Source: a virus
Lineage: Duplodnaviria > Caudoviricetes
Direction: 5' to 3' (one strand)
Length of the DNA stretch: 63,043 nucleotides
IMG/VR virus record: IMGVR_UViG_3300036945_000174
Span: 1-63,043 of that record
Within the stretch, counting starts at the first letter, position 1. Each line of letters starts with the position of its first letter. Position numbers and translations under genes: made by a program. This document shows positions 37,601 to 47,000 of this stretch, in pieces. The notes under the pieces are model-generated. The model had not been told where the DNA came from, searched no databases, and saw only the letters and a program-made list of their open reading frames with translations.

Positions 37601-40244
37601 TTACAGACCAGTATGTTTCAGGGTCTGACTCTTTAGTTTTAGCTAGTTCCTCAGAATATGTTTGAGCCTGAGTTTTAGAAGGAGATACTATTGTTTCTTC
37701 AACAACATTTTCTTTCTGTAATTCAACAGGAGCTACTTCATTAACAGTTGTTTTTACCTCTGTAGTTTCTACAGGAGTAACTTCTTTGGTTTTTTGCTCT
37801 TGTTTAGATTTGTATAATTCTAAAGCCTTTTTAGATATTTGATCATCAGTTATAGTGATTGATTTATTTCCATCAGGATTTAACTCTTTCATCAAATCTC
37901 TCTGAGCTTCATTTTTTAAGTCTATTAATTCATCAGCAGGCAAAGACTCTAATTGAGCGTAAGGAGAATACTTAGTATTTATCAATGAAGATCTCTCTGT
38001 TTGTAAGTCTCTATATTGATTTTCTAAGTCTTTAAGCAAAGAAGCTTTATTAGGTAAATTTCCATCATTAATTACCTTAGCGTCATCTTTTAATTTAGAA
38101 GCTTGTTTATTAATTTCGTTTACTCTCAAGTAAACACTATCAGGCATATTAGCTACATTATCTATAGTATTAGCCATTATTTTTGAGTTCTCTTCAGTAG
38201 CTTTTTTTATTTGATTTTCAAGTACTGATCTTTCATCATCGCTTAAATCTAAAGTGTTTAAATTTCTTGAGAATTCAATTATTTTTCTAGCATTCTCATC
38301 TAGTAACCCAAGATCAACTTTGCTTTGAAACGGTTTTAACGCCAATCCAGCTAAATGAGGAGATACCTTTAACATAGTAGTTAATGTAAAAGTATCTTTA
38401 AGAACTGTCCCTGTGTTGTCTAGTAATCCTACATTTTTTTTACCAAGTATAAATCTATCAACAAAATTCTGACCTACATTAGTGAATTCTTCCCCGCCTC
38501 CTTCTTTTAATTGATCCTTTGTAAAATCTCTAGCAAATTCTTTTCCTTTTTTAAATGCTGTTTTTGTTAATAAGTCAGGTTGATTTTTAACTATAGCATC
38601 TAAAACTCTACCGCTTTTTTTCAATATAGATAGCGTAGGTAGTTCTGAAGCAATTTCAAATCCCATATAAGCTAATGGAGCTGTAGCCATCTGAATAGGG
38701 GTGTAAGAAGCTTTACCTTCTAATACCTCTTGATTCATTTCAGCATACTTTTGACCTGCTGCTATTGTACCCATTGCGGCAAGACCTTTAGCTCCTATAG
38801 ACGTAACTACTAAATTAGGTATTTGATTTGAGGCAACATCGGAAAAATAATTCAATAATCCTTCAACGCTTTCAACGCTTTCAACCGGTTTTCTTAGTAA
38901 ATCTTTTTGAGAATTTATATAATCATTGGCAGCTATAACATCTCTTTGAACAGACATGTTTTTTTCTTTGTCTCCAATAAGACCTCCAAAACTAGCCGCA
39001 TAATCAAGACCTCCTAATAGACCAACAGCTGCTGATTGAGCCATTAAACCTGTATTCATTAATAAATTCTCTACATCTCCATACTGTCTTTTAAGAAAAT
39101 CAAATTCCTGTTCTACTGTTCCTAAGTCAGATTTATTTTTTAAGAAAGAGTCTTGTCTTTTTTGTATGTTTTTAGAAATATTTTGTATATCAGAATACAA
39201 AGACGTATATCTGTCGTATAGATCTTGAGGAAAAGCAATGCCTTTTTCTTTTAAAGCTTTTAATTGAGTTTCAACTTCCTTATACTCATCTATTTTTTGT
39301 TTTCCAAAGGCAGCATATGCTTGAATTGCTTTTTCGTTTTTTAAGTTTTCTTCTTTTAAATGAACAGCTGTATTAAGTCTGTCTTGTTTTAAAGCTAACT
39401 TATCGTCTTCTGGAAGATCATCTAAGAATGAATTTATACGATCTGTTTCAATATTTTCAACTTGTTTATCTTTATAAACTTGCTTAGCTTTTTCGAGAAT
39501 TTCCTGCTCTGAAAGTTTTACTTGTTCTTTAGCAGCTTGTTGTCTTACTAGTTTCTTTTCGTCAGATAATGGATCTATATCCATAGAAAAACCTAATAAC
39601 CCAGAATTAAGTGGATTACTAGACATTCCTTCTATGACAGTGTTGTATGCGTTTTTAGCAAAAGTTTTTGTTTTATTCCAAATACCAGTATTAGAAAGTA
39701 AATCTTGCAACCTTTTCTCAGCTTCTACTTCAGCAGACGCCTCGTCTTTTGATGATACAAAATCTTGTTCTATTCTATCAAATCTTTCTTTTTCGATCTG
39801 TTTAGTTTGCTGGTCTAACTTAGATACTTCCTCTATCTTTCTATTAACCTCGTCTTGATTTTTAGCTGTAACTTTAGTGTTGGCTAATTCTTTTTTTAAC
39901 TGAGTTTTTTTTATGTAAGGTTTAGCTGTTTGAAATTTATCAGCCTGTTTTTTCTCAGCAGGTTTTAATGCTTCCTCGGCCGTAATATCTACGCCAAGTG
40001 TACGCATTTTAGGAACTGGTCCATTTGAAGTATCCGATTCCTGTTGAGGTTTCTGTTGATCTGTAACCAATGAAGTATACACGTCTTTCTGCTGTGAATT
40101 TGATCCCCAAACACTTTCTTGAACAGTAGACTGTGAATCTTCTTTTTTTTTTACTTCAGAGTATCCGCTTAAATCTAAATTTAATTTACTTCCACCTTTA
40201 TATCCGCTTAAATCTAAATTTAATTTCTTTTTAGGATCTGGCAT
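31578..40244 (-). CDS. Giant (2888 aa) polyvalent internal virion / ejection protein
   Basis: Two HExxH motifs (AHEVFH, LHEVQH...GEVEA), LPD23-like TGWEKGADNKWKY, a GNAT-like segment; follows tail and ejection genes. Confidence 0.75.
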   Translation of the reverse strand: MPDPKKKLNLDLSGYKGGSKLNLDLSGYSEVKKKEDSQSTVQESVWGSNSQQKDVYTSLVTDQQKPQQESDTSNGPVPKMRTLGVDITAEEALKPAEKKQADKFQTAKPYIKKTQLKKELANTKVTAKNQDEVNRKIEEVSKLDQQTKQIEKERFDRIEQDFVSSKDEASAEVEAEKRLQDLLSNTGIWNKTKTFAKNAYNTVIEGMSSNPLNSGLLGFSMDIDPLSDEKKLVRQQAAKEQVKLSEQEILEKAKQVYKDKQVENIETDRINSFLDDLPEDDKLALKQDRLNTAVHLKEENLKNEKAIQAYAAFGKQKIDEYKEVETQLKALKEKGIAFPQDLYDRYTSLYSDIQNISKNIQKRQDSFLKNKSDLGTVEQEFDFLKRQYGDVENLLMNTGLMAQSAAVGLLGGLDYAASFGGLIGDKEKNMSVQRDVIAANDYINSQKDLLRKPVESVESVEGLLNYFSDVASNQIPNLVVTSIGAKGLAAMGTIAAGQKYAEMNQEVLEGKASYTPIQMATAPLAYMGFEIASELPTLSILKKSGRVLDAIVKNQPDLLTKTAFKKGKEFARDFTKDQLKEGGGEEFTNVGQNFVDRFILGKKNVGLLDNTGTVLKDTFTLTTMLKVSPHLAGLALKPFQSKVDLGLLDENARKIIEFSRNLNTLDLSDDERSVLENQIKKATEENSKIMANTIDNVANMPDSVYLRVNEINKQASKLKDDAKVINDGNLPNKASLLKDLENQYRDLQTERSSLINTKYSPYAQLESLPADELIDLKNEAQRDLMKELNPDGNKSITITDDQISKKALELYKSKQEQKTKEVTPVETTEVKTTVNEVAPVELQKENVVEETIVSPSKTQAQTYSEELAKTKESDPETYWSVSEVSPEDAAKGTIIDTEDGSALVKPDGDIAGVFKKLTSKAKGVAQNLLNKAIEAGGIKLDNFDGYLTKQYEKAGFRVVSRTPFNEQYAPEGWNKEKHGTPDVVAMVYDPNNELDIEEKTFKDPETGYDDAIAYRDGFVNQAKSLKESPVTVQEVIDESEKTNKLSDLVQKAKTALSKILPGTGIILYNTEAEYKAAINEGKDENSGGAFVGGKIHINPNRANNRTVAHEVFHAVLLNMVKSDPAAQRVTAAMITAIEKVLPPDMKAKLQDFVENGYDSQKELWDEEKLAELVGYLADNFPSLSQPAKNIIKEWLDQLAKLVGIKEFTDKEVIDFMNTLSGKVASGEVITNEDVKLFNQEGAGGFVGIFKISRQQNAVKAPKAKDDPRNFINKFVEDIDIREFNGSKFITNMYDYTNAGQTDLGNGYNINLFGGKGYVPYMMELNGKKIGDVSNLAAFNTNAQAETFIRNAEKSGAKLFAPHSGTKSQSWQFQQHTFAELVDLILDKNILTNKELIDTFNNSIKGSEALKDKFSKFSEKYGEKINDFSSFESDPKKIVELLDIKNNLSPDLRKALNNSIASNKKFQSAIGIKNKEEFYNRIMDPLNNGVSGGEIIGIVDFDPSTFEIVKTKPSDIDHHPSFGYSLLAKINGIYQPTEFYKSYDITDSYVKYNINGENTSIKSEDIDFDKKNVTSSAGAIPKVAEFNVPGRKQIIGEKSVKDKLVQNNLDTAKEMEAANKSAEDIFIATGWEKGADNKWKYDLQEGVVEFKNKKNGKASEVINYPELFKAYPKAKNIDIVFMNSDKFEGMYIPSKNRIMLSNSLSDSEAKSTLLHEVQHFIQHEEGFAVGGNSQTIKDLYNARIKYEKNFSVRKVLNNIKNSLFKPNPGSVKEDLDKLSKLVSKSDEELYRSIAGEVEAFNVEKRANMTAEERKATPISETADKPKEEQVVISDSDTMLKDRKQSVSEFNRELNDKEINLLRRSLRMKFKDSFVVEVLDDYVNSIKEDAPANNEATQYLLDNGVTLNRLANLMVEEGNFDTKSRALGYFNTVGGLGESVLSRKQANRPSVDEIYEESNKAIRDLEKTRGYKELLNDVYRRIFDRQKNIKDLMLSFGNTYAKNAYNRLVTKSGASGYASFEFKEAAKRIYGGLKKSDLAYLDKIIYAKRIKSINEKRVKEGRPLYKGMKGYSLEDANNDLDKIKSELGDKKFEDLNNRASEYFNEYRKSLRDLYDSGRISKETYDAFKNDEYSPIKTIKYILSPNTSTEEIDSEAKRFGMAKKDIMKLGDENDNAIIMDSKWLLATTINANKTRAFENKMLNEFNKAFESLSKEEKDSISDYIVENPVIGKKKDGSLKYKYDTVDLPNGFRKISFFENGNKKDIIIDKNYANQLLDVKTKYRALEILGTASGTGILRFFATGGNPLFIFGNVANDFQNVLYNTDVYSGFLPLATVQIARDFIKNFVKKAVLNDTYNSTYKEYLSHGGALDQMSRDGLQALESRNTTNKLVKGVKKGLLATGNFLSYLGNTSETAFRLAVYDKYKEKLIKEFEKQNGRTPNSQELDDIMWDAARESRETMPFDQGGDLAKTANVLMPYLNAGLQGIRKFAVFAAKNPRRFARNIVQYTAMSGALSATSFAMLLMGIRNDDEDDEKSLKEMIRAWQSVSNYEKANYHIFFTGNKNKDGEYEYYRIKKIPVFSILSTASEEALLKSFLNSKGVDYEFDSDPVKQSALKSIPFPIDVQEWLGRNPTAGALISYWANKDTFTGEKIFREPRGKKILPEAEVDNKTNQIYIDLGRLTGLSPAKSKVAAEKIITAETTNPAIPLMYSAWDGLFHKKDGFGKEVSSAMSTVVDAFGKKVVRYTDKNIINYKKQDELEYKEAVIETEIWKKEQKVYDEIKEVYSSGNKLDRNGFKKIIESNFDPIDREKYAKKYKAYINNMGSDREVLDIIFEDVPEVQAMKLNERYGNSFDEEERKELEEISKRSERPISRKALDIYYNKYKNRKATN

Positions 40245-40251
40245 ATTATTA

Positions 40252-41733
40252 TTATTTGTTTAATTCCTTTATAATTTGTTCTCTTGTAGCCCCTGGATTT
40301 TGTTTCATCAAATATTGAATTTGACCTTCGGTATATTTATTTTTTGATTGATTAGTATTAGTACCGCCAAATATAGATTTAGCTTCAGCTAAATTAGAAA
40401 TTCTCTTTCCTGTATTTGGATTTATTAAATATTTTAATCTCTTTTTGAACTCTAAATTATTTTCAGAATATCTTTTTGATTCTGTGTCACCAACTATAGA
40501 TCCGTCTCCTATTGAATAAGAATCTTTCTTTGTACCTGTAACTACATCTACAAATAATTTTCCTTTAGAGTCAATACCCCATGTAGGTATATTTTCTAAT
40601 TTTGGACCTATTTTTACATTAACCCCTGACATAGGTATGAATGCTCCTTTACCATTAGCCGGGATTTCAACTTTATAAGCAAACTGTCCTTTAGGAGGAT
40701 TATATTGACCATCTCCTCCAGAACCTCCAGAATCTCCAGATGGTGGTCTATAAGTGTTTTCTTCTTGTCTTATAGTTTTATTTACTTGTGAAAGTATAGC
40801 GTTTTTAACAGTATTCCTTGCTTCTTCTTCTTGTTCAGCAGTAAGCATAGGCTTATTCATCCCTGTAGAAGAATCCCTCTGCATTAATATATTTTCTTTA
40901 CTTGCTTGTTTTGGATCATCAACTAAATTATAATCACCAACCTGGCCAAGTATTGTCGCCATCTTGTATGGATTAGAAACTATAGCACTAGCTGCGTCAT
41001 CTAAGAATTTTTTAAATTCTGGCTTTTCTGCTATATTGTCAGTAGTCCATATACCACCAGCCGGCGGTTTCTGAAGTATATATTCAAATTTACCAAGGTC
41101 TTTAGTATACGGAGCTATCTCTTTAGGTATGTCAACCTTTCCGACAAATGTAGACCCGTTAGTCTTTATCCATGCAGGAGGTTGTAAACTTGATTGATCA
41201 ATTTTTCCGTTAACTATTTTACCAATGTATCCTCTTCCAGTTAATGGATCTACATAAAACTCCTTATTACTTAAGTCTAATGCCTCTCCTTTTTGCTTCT
41301 GATTATAATCATCTATAATAGATGTTTGTCCTTTACTAGACAAGTCCATATATTTTTCGTAGTCTGACTGTAAAGTCTTAACAACATCGTTAATGTCTGT
41401 AAAAGAACCCTTCATGTTGTTTTGTATTTCAGTATAATCTTTTCCGCTTATCTTTCCAGAGGTATATAATTTATAAGCCTCTCCAAGTAAGTTCTTAGAT
41501 TGATAACTAGCATTAGTTATAAATCCATTTAACCCCTGGTTCTGACCAGCGGAAATTTTATTTAACGAATTGTATAGCTCGTTAGTTTCTTGCTTTGCTT
41601 TTTGTCTAGTAGCCTCTCTCCCAGCTTCTTGTTCAGCTAGAGTATCCCTAACATCATTAATAACTGTAGACCAGTCTAATGTTGGATTAGCCTTTGTTTC
41701 GGCTGGATTTACATATCCTAAGTACTCTGCCAT
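40252..41733 (-). CDS. Putative internal virion protein
   Basis: 493 aa, helical; position in the ejection-protein block. Confidence 0.55.
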   Translation of the reverse strand: MAEYLGYVNPAETKANPTLDWSTVINDVRDTLAEQEAGREATRQKAKQETNELYNSLNKISAGQNQGLNGFITNASYQSKNLLGEAYKLYTSGKISGKDYTEIQNNMKGSFTDINDVVKTLQSDYEKYMDLSSKGQTSIIDDYNQKQKGEALDLSNKEFYVDPLTGRGYIGKIVNGKIDQSSLQPPAWIKTNGSTFVGKVDIPKEIAPYTKDLGKFEYILQKPPAGGIWTTDNIAEKPEFKKFLDDAASAIVSNPYKMATILGQVGDYNLVDDPKQASKENILMQRDSSTGMNKPMLTAEQEEEARNTVKNAILSQVNKTIRQEENTYRPPSGDSGGSGGDGQYNPPKGQFAYKVEIPANGKGAFIPMSGVNVKIGPKLENIPTWGIDSKGKLFVDVVTGTKKDSYSIGDGSIVGDTESKRYSENNLEFKKRLKYLINPNTGKRISNLAEAKSIFGGTNTNQSKNKYTEGQIQYLMKQNPGATREQIIKELNK

Positions 41734-41735
41734 AA

Positions 41736-42458
41736 TTAAAATGTAATGTTAGATAAATACCCTAATGTATCAGGCATGCTTACAGCAGCAAATGGGTTTG
41801 ATTGAAATGCGCTTTGTCCAAATCCTATAGGAGCTTGTGGAGCAGCTGGCAATTGAGAAACACCTAGTTGACTAGCGGTCTTAATTTTAGAGTACTCAGG
41901 AATAATACCTCCAATTCCTTTTATTAAATCACCTCCAGCTCCTAGAGCTTTTTGTTGAGCTTGTATTTTGGCCATCTGCGCAGCAGCAGATGCTTCTTGT
42001 GCTCCTTTTAATCTTTCGGCTTCTAATGGAGCAAGTCTTAAGTTTGCTCTTTCAGCAGCTCCCGCCTGAGTCATATCTAAGTTATATAACTTTTCCGCTA
42101 AATTATCAGCAGTATCTGAATTTGCATCTACAGTCGCGGCTTGTACCTTTCCAACACCACCTAAAAGTAATCTAGGATCACCTTCTGTCAGTGCTGATAA
42201 GGCTTGTTGTTGAGCTGCTGTATTTGCTGCAAACTGCTTATCATACGCCTCCATAGGTACTTGTAAGCTAGTATAGAAGTCCTGACTTAACAATCTTTCT
42301 TGCTCTGCTGCTGATTTTTCAGCTTGTCTATCAGCTGCTCTTTGCAGTTCTTTTTGTTTACTGGCTTCAACTAAACTCATACCAATATTTAATCCGGTAC
42401 TAGCTATACCGATAAATGGATTTGCTTTAGTCATAAATGCAGACGCTCCTTGTCCCAT
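41736..42458 (-). CDS. Putative internal virion protein
   Basis: A/Q/G-rich with hydrophobic N-terminus. Confidence 0.6.
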   Translation of the reverse strand: MGQGASAFMTKANPFIGIASTGLNIGMSLVEASKQKELQRAADRQAEKSAAEQERLLSQDFYTSLQVPMEAYDKQFAANTAAQQQALSALTEGDPRLLLGGVGKVQAATVDANSDTADNLAEKLYNLDMTQAGAAERANLRLAPLEAERLKGAQEASAAAQMAKIQAQQKALGAGGDLIKGIGGIIPEYSKIKTASQLGVSQLPAAPQAPIGFGQSAFQSNPFAAVSMPDTLGYLSNITF

Positions 42459-42460
42459 AA

Positions 42461-42856
42461 CTATATTTTTTTTATGTATTCGTTAAGATTCTCTCCTGAA
42501 ATTAAGTATCCGTTATCTTCGAATTTTTTCTTTAGTACAGGAGTTTTACTAACAGTCATTATAAATTTAAATCCAGACTGTTTTAAATATTGTTCTGTAT
42601 ATTTCATTAAGTAATCCAAGGATCCAGAACGTAAAGCCTTAGTACTATTTTTATTCCCTGTTATAAACCCCATCCAGCACACATCAGAATCACTTAAGTA
42701 AACAGGAACAGCGTATAAATCTATTCCTTCATTACTAACTACACATATGTTATTTGGAATGGCATCAATACTCATTAACGGAAATTTCCAGTCCGTCCAC
42801 CACTCACATAATGTGTTGTAAAAATCACGCTTATTCTCTATTCTACAGGAAAACAT
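42461..42856 (-). CDS. GNAT-like virion assembly protein (start revised to 42856)
   Basis: MFSCRIE...; promoter box TATCTTTG at 42865-42872; sits between tail and ejection genes. Confidence 0.5.
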   Translation of the reverse strand: MFSCRIENKRDFYNTLCEWWTDWKFPLMSIDAIPNNICVVSNEGIDLYAVPVYLSDSDVCWMGFITGNKNSTKALRSGSLDYLMKYTEQYLKQSGFKFIMTVSKTPVLKKKFEDNGYLISGENLNEYIKKI

Positions 42857-42878
42857 TTTTTTTACAAAGATAACAAAA

Positions 42879-43625
42879 TTAAGGGTAACTTTTGAAAATA
42901 CTACTTCCAATAGAAAACAACTCAACTCTCGATGTATTACCATTCTCTAATTCAAACTGCATGTAGTATCCTCTAGCTCCATACGACTCTGCTGTGCTAT
43001 TCTTTAAGCATAAAACATAGTCAGATACCGACGGAATATTTCCGCCCGTTACAGTAGTGTTTATAGTAATTGAATTGTTTGATATAGCTGTAATAGGCCC
43101 TAACTTCATAAGAGCTCCAGCGTTATTTTTATAAGCGATGTCTCCTACATTTATAATACTTCCAATACCGAAACTAAATGTCATCACTACCGCAGCAGGA
43201 TTAACTGAGTTTACATTAGAAACTCCACCTATCCCTTGGGCTGATCTCATCGATAAATTAGTATCAGACTCGTACCTTCTTATGTATCCGAAGTAGTCTC
43301 CTTCTTTTAATGTAAAATAAGATGGACTAATAAATCCTGTATCTAAATCAGTAACCACATTGCAGTTCCAAGAGTCGTCACTATTTAATGATATGGTCTT
43401 AAAATTTTTAACCATTCCATTTTCTAAATTAAACACACCGGTTATTTTAGAATTGTACTGTACGCCATAGAAGTTGTTCCTAAGTTCATTAGAGTTATGT
43501 CTGTACAAGTTCCCATTCTTAAACGTATAGAAATACGAGTTCATACCAATCATTTTTTCTGGTATAAAAGAAAAGAACGATGTCCATCCCTTTGAGTCTT
43601 CGCTAAATGATAATGTATATTCCAT
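42879..43625 (-). CDS. Tail structural protein
   Basis: TLSFSE..KGWTSF.SF.PE...GARGYYM. Confidence 0.6.
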   Translation of the reverse strand: MEYTLSFSEDSKGWTSFFSFIPEKMIGMNSYFYTFKNGNLYRHNSNELRNNFYGVQYNSKITGVFNLENGMVKNFKTISLNSDDSWNCNVVTDLDTGFISPSYFTLKEGDYFGYIRRYESDTNLSMRSAQGIGGVSNVNSVNPAAVVMTFSFGIGSIINVGDIAYKNNAGALMKLGPITAISNNSITINTTVTGGNIPSVSDYVLCLKNSTAESYGARGYYMQFELENGNTSRVELFSIGSSIFKSYP

Positions 43626-43626
43626 A

Positions 43627-44013
43627 TTACGCTAAACAAGCACCTAAGTTAGTTATTGAAGCTGATCCGCAAGTTATTGTAGGAGTACTTTGAGCACATA
43701 CATATTCAGTTACACTTGTTGAAAAACTAGCTCCAATTTGTAATACTCCATTACAATCGGTGTATGAATAATTAACATATCCTACACATCCAGGACCATC
43801 GCTAGTACCTACCATTTCATAGTTAAAACAATCAATAGGTGGTGTAGAGCAAGATTCAATAGGAAGTAATAATCCTTCAAACTGCTGTCTATAGTTTCCT
43901 CCAAAAGAATAGTATCCATCAGGAGCTTTTGTTGTTAATGAAGTATTTGTCCATACAGCTGTGGCTGTTGAAAAATCTGCTGTGTCTATGTAATATGTTC
44001 CGCTAATTGCCAT
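43627..44013 (-). CDS. Cys-rich putative structural protein
   Basis: APDGYYS motif and Cys-rich C-terminus. Confidence 0.55.
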   Translation of the reverse strand: MAISGTYYIDTADFSTATAVWTNTSLTTKAPDGYYSFGGNYRQQFEGLLLPIESCSTPPIDCFNYEMVGTSDGPGCVGYVNYSYTDCNGVLQIGASFSTSVTEYVCAQSTPTITCGSASITNLGACLA

Positions 44014-44042
44014 ATTTTTTTATTTTTTTTATTTTTTTTTAT

Positions 44043-47000
44043 TTAAACGTTACAATCGCATGCTAAAGCACTATCGGTAGTGTCGTAACATAAATCAATA
44101 GAATAATGAGGTGTTTCTCCACATAACTCGCATGCTGCAATTCTATCAGTAGCGTCGTAACATAAATCTAAGCTGTAAGCATTTGTTAGATCCCAAACTA
44201 AATATAAATACTGATATCCATTAGGATTATTATAAACAAATGACGACTCGTACTTCCCTGTAACAGGATTAACTATTGGTGTAGCCTCTACTAGTAAAGG
44301 CCTTAATGTATTTATCTGTGATTCTGTATATAATGTATTAGATACTAAGTACTTAAATGAATTTGCTAACGGATCAAAATTAAAAGTATCTGTAATATAC
44401 TTTTCAGATTGCATTTTAACAATACTTCCGATTGCAGGAATAACTCCTACTGAAGGTTGATCAGTATTAGAATCATATAACGACACTCCGTCACTTTCTA
44501 GTAATACAAAGTCTATATTAGTTGGGCTTGTATATCCATCAATAGTCCAGTTATAATTATTATGAATAGTTTCTCCCTCGTTAGATGGAGAGTTAATTAC
44601 CATTCGTATAACTGTTATAGGATCTGCCACGGTGCAATTAGATATAAGAACGTAAGTAGCCTCTTCAGGAGTAATTGTAACAGTTGCAAATGTAGGATTA
44701 ACTTTTGTTTTGTTAAATGTTAATGTGCCTGATCCAGATACAACCTCATCTATAACTGTAATGCCGTCGTAAGATACATCAACATTTGCTGATCCATTTT
44801 CAAAGTTATAGTCAAAAGAAGCCTCTCCAATTACGTTTCCAAACTCTAAATTAAATAGCAACTCTCCATTTGCAGTGTCTTGAGATATAGTAAATCCACA
44901 CTCTAAAACATCTATAGGAGTTGGTAATTTGTTATCAGTTAGAGACAACACGTACTCTTTTAAGTACGGATCATAACCACCTATTTTTTGATAGTTTACT
45001 TTATCTTTGAACTCATCCCTAAACCAACCATTCATTCCTAGTTGAGATATAGGAGTTAAAGCATCAGCTTGAGAGGCTCCACCTTTTAGGTTTATTACAG
45101 ATGTTCTTTTAGAATCTGTAAAATAAATATCCTCTCCCCACGCAGCAAAACTAGCAGCATCATTACTAATTCCGTACTCCTCTATTCTAGTTATCTGAGT
45201 TCCAAGTACCTCAGGAACAGACGTAATAGCTCCACCGCCTGCTGCATCAGAAAGTAAATTCTTCTCTACAAGTACGTAAGATATTTTGTCCTCCTGTAAC
45301 GTTAGTACGTCTTTCTTTCTTCCATGAAGTATGTTAATTGGGCCAAATGATTTTTCACAGTCCTTGAAGTTAGCTAATGCTAGGTTAAATTCATTTAACT
45401 TATTAACGTTAGTTTCTTCATTGTATACTCCACTATATGTTATTCCAGCGTATCTGTGGGCCTCTTTAAAGTCCTCTTGAGATACAGCGGTAACTCTACT
45501 TCCAAGATAGAACGGAGCTCCAGTTAACGAGTCTCCTATCTTATAGCTCTCAACTCCATTGCCAAATGTAAAACAGTCAAAGAAGTTTAAGTTTACAGTT
45601 GCAAAAGCATTAGATATTGATTGATTAACAACGTTACCTTGGTGGTATCCGTCAATAATATCAAATGATTCACTTCCCTCGAAGTAAGTCTCACCATTAG
45701 CTTCAGCAGCTTCTGTTTCAAATACCATTATAGACTCAGCTCTCTGAACCTGAATATGACAAAAAACTCTTGAAACTCTTCTATCTACTCCGCCACAATT
45801 TGGAGTACCACTCTTCATTACAAAGAACAATCTACCATTAGCAGAGTCTTGTTGAAACTGATATTGATTAGTACCTGGAATAGTTGGTATGTTACCAGTA
45901 TATGTTCCTATAGTTTCTAAAAATTCATTTTCATTAACAGTAGCGTCACCTCCGGTTGAATTGCCAGAAGTTAAGTCAATATGATCTCCGGTTATAAATG
46001 CAAATAAGCTATCATAATCTTGAGAGGCTGTAAATGATTTATCAAAAGTATATGTTCTTTCTCCACAACTATCTCCTCTAGAACTTCTAGTTACTTTAAA
46101 GTTTATGTTTATTAAACTTCCAGCAGGGACGTCATAAGGCATAAACTCTAACTCTCCAGGATCTCCAAATAAAGGATTATCTATGTAGCATGGATAGGAT
46201 AAGTTAGCATAGTTTCCACCTTCACTTATCTCCCCTTCATCTATAAAAGAATTTTCAGTATAATTAGCAGAGAAGTTTGAAGGTTTAAGTTTCATATACA
46301 AACCAGCGGGCTCTATAATATCTTTCTCTGCTGCATTCTTATTTCCTTCAATAAAGTCTTTACCTTTAGCTTCTAATGCAAGGACCTTTGTTTTTACTAA
46401 ATTTCTAAGAACACCATTCGAATCTGCTTTTACAATTAGAGTAGAGTTTTCTTGAACCTTACTTCTATTATCACCTTCTAATTTAAACCAAGTAAACCCA
46501 GAGTCTTCTTGAAAATAAATATTAGAGTACACTACTTGGTACTGACTCTTAGACGGCTTTACTACAAACTTATATTTAGTAGCCCAGCTTGGAGCTAAAC
46601 TATTTATGTTTACTCTTATATAGTTCTTTTTATCTGAATTATACGCAGGCACAAAAACTGTATTATTAGTATCGACTAATGCAGTAGAACTACGACCGTA
46701 CTCGTCCATATACACAATTGCAACCTCATAATCCCTATTACTATGCAAGCTTTGTTTTGCCCCTAACTGAGAGAATGTAGCAGATATTATAGCGCTTGAA
46801 AGGTATTCATAAGCATAAACAAATACACCTGGAGAAGTTTCAAAACTAAATTTTAACGCAGGTATTTGAATACCTATCATATCTGATCCTAACGCAGCTG
46901 ATATAACAAAAGATCCGTCTACATTTGATATCCCACTTCCAACCTCATTCCATCCAGACTTAGTAATTATTTGACAATTAAAAAAATCTGTTAATGAAGT

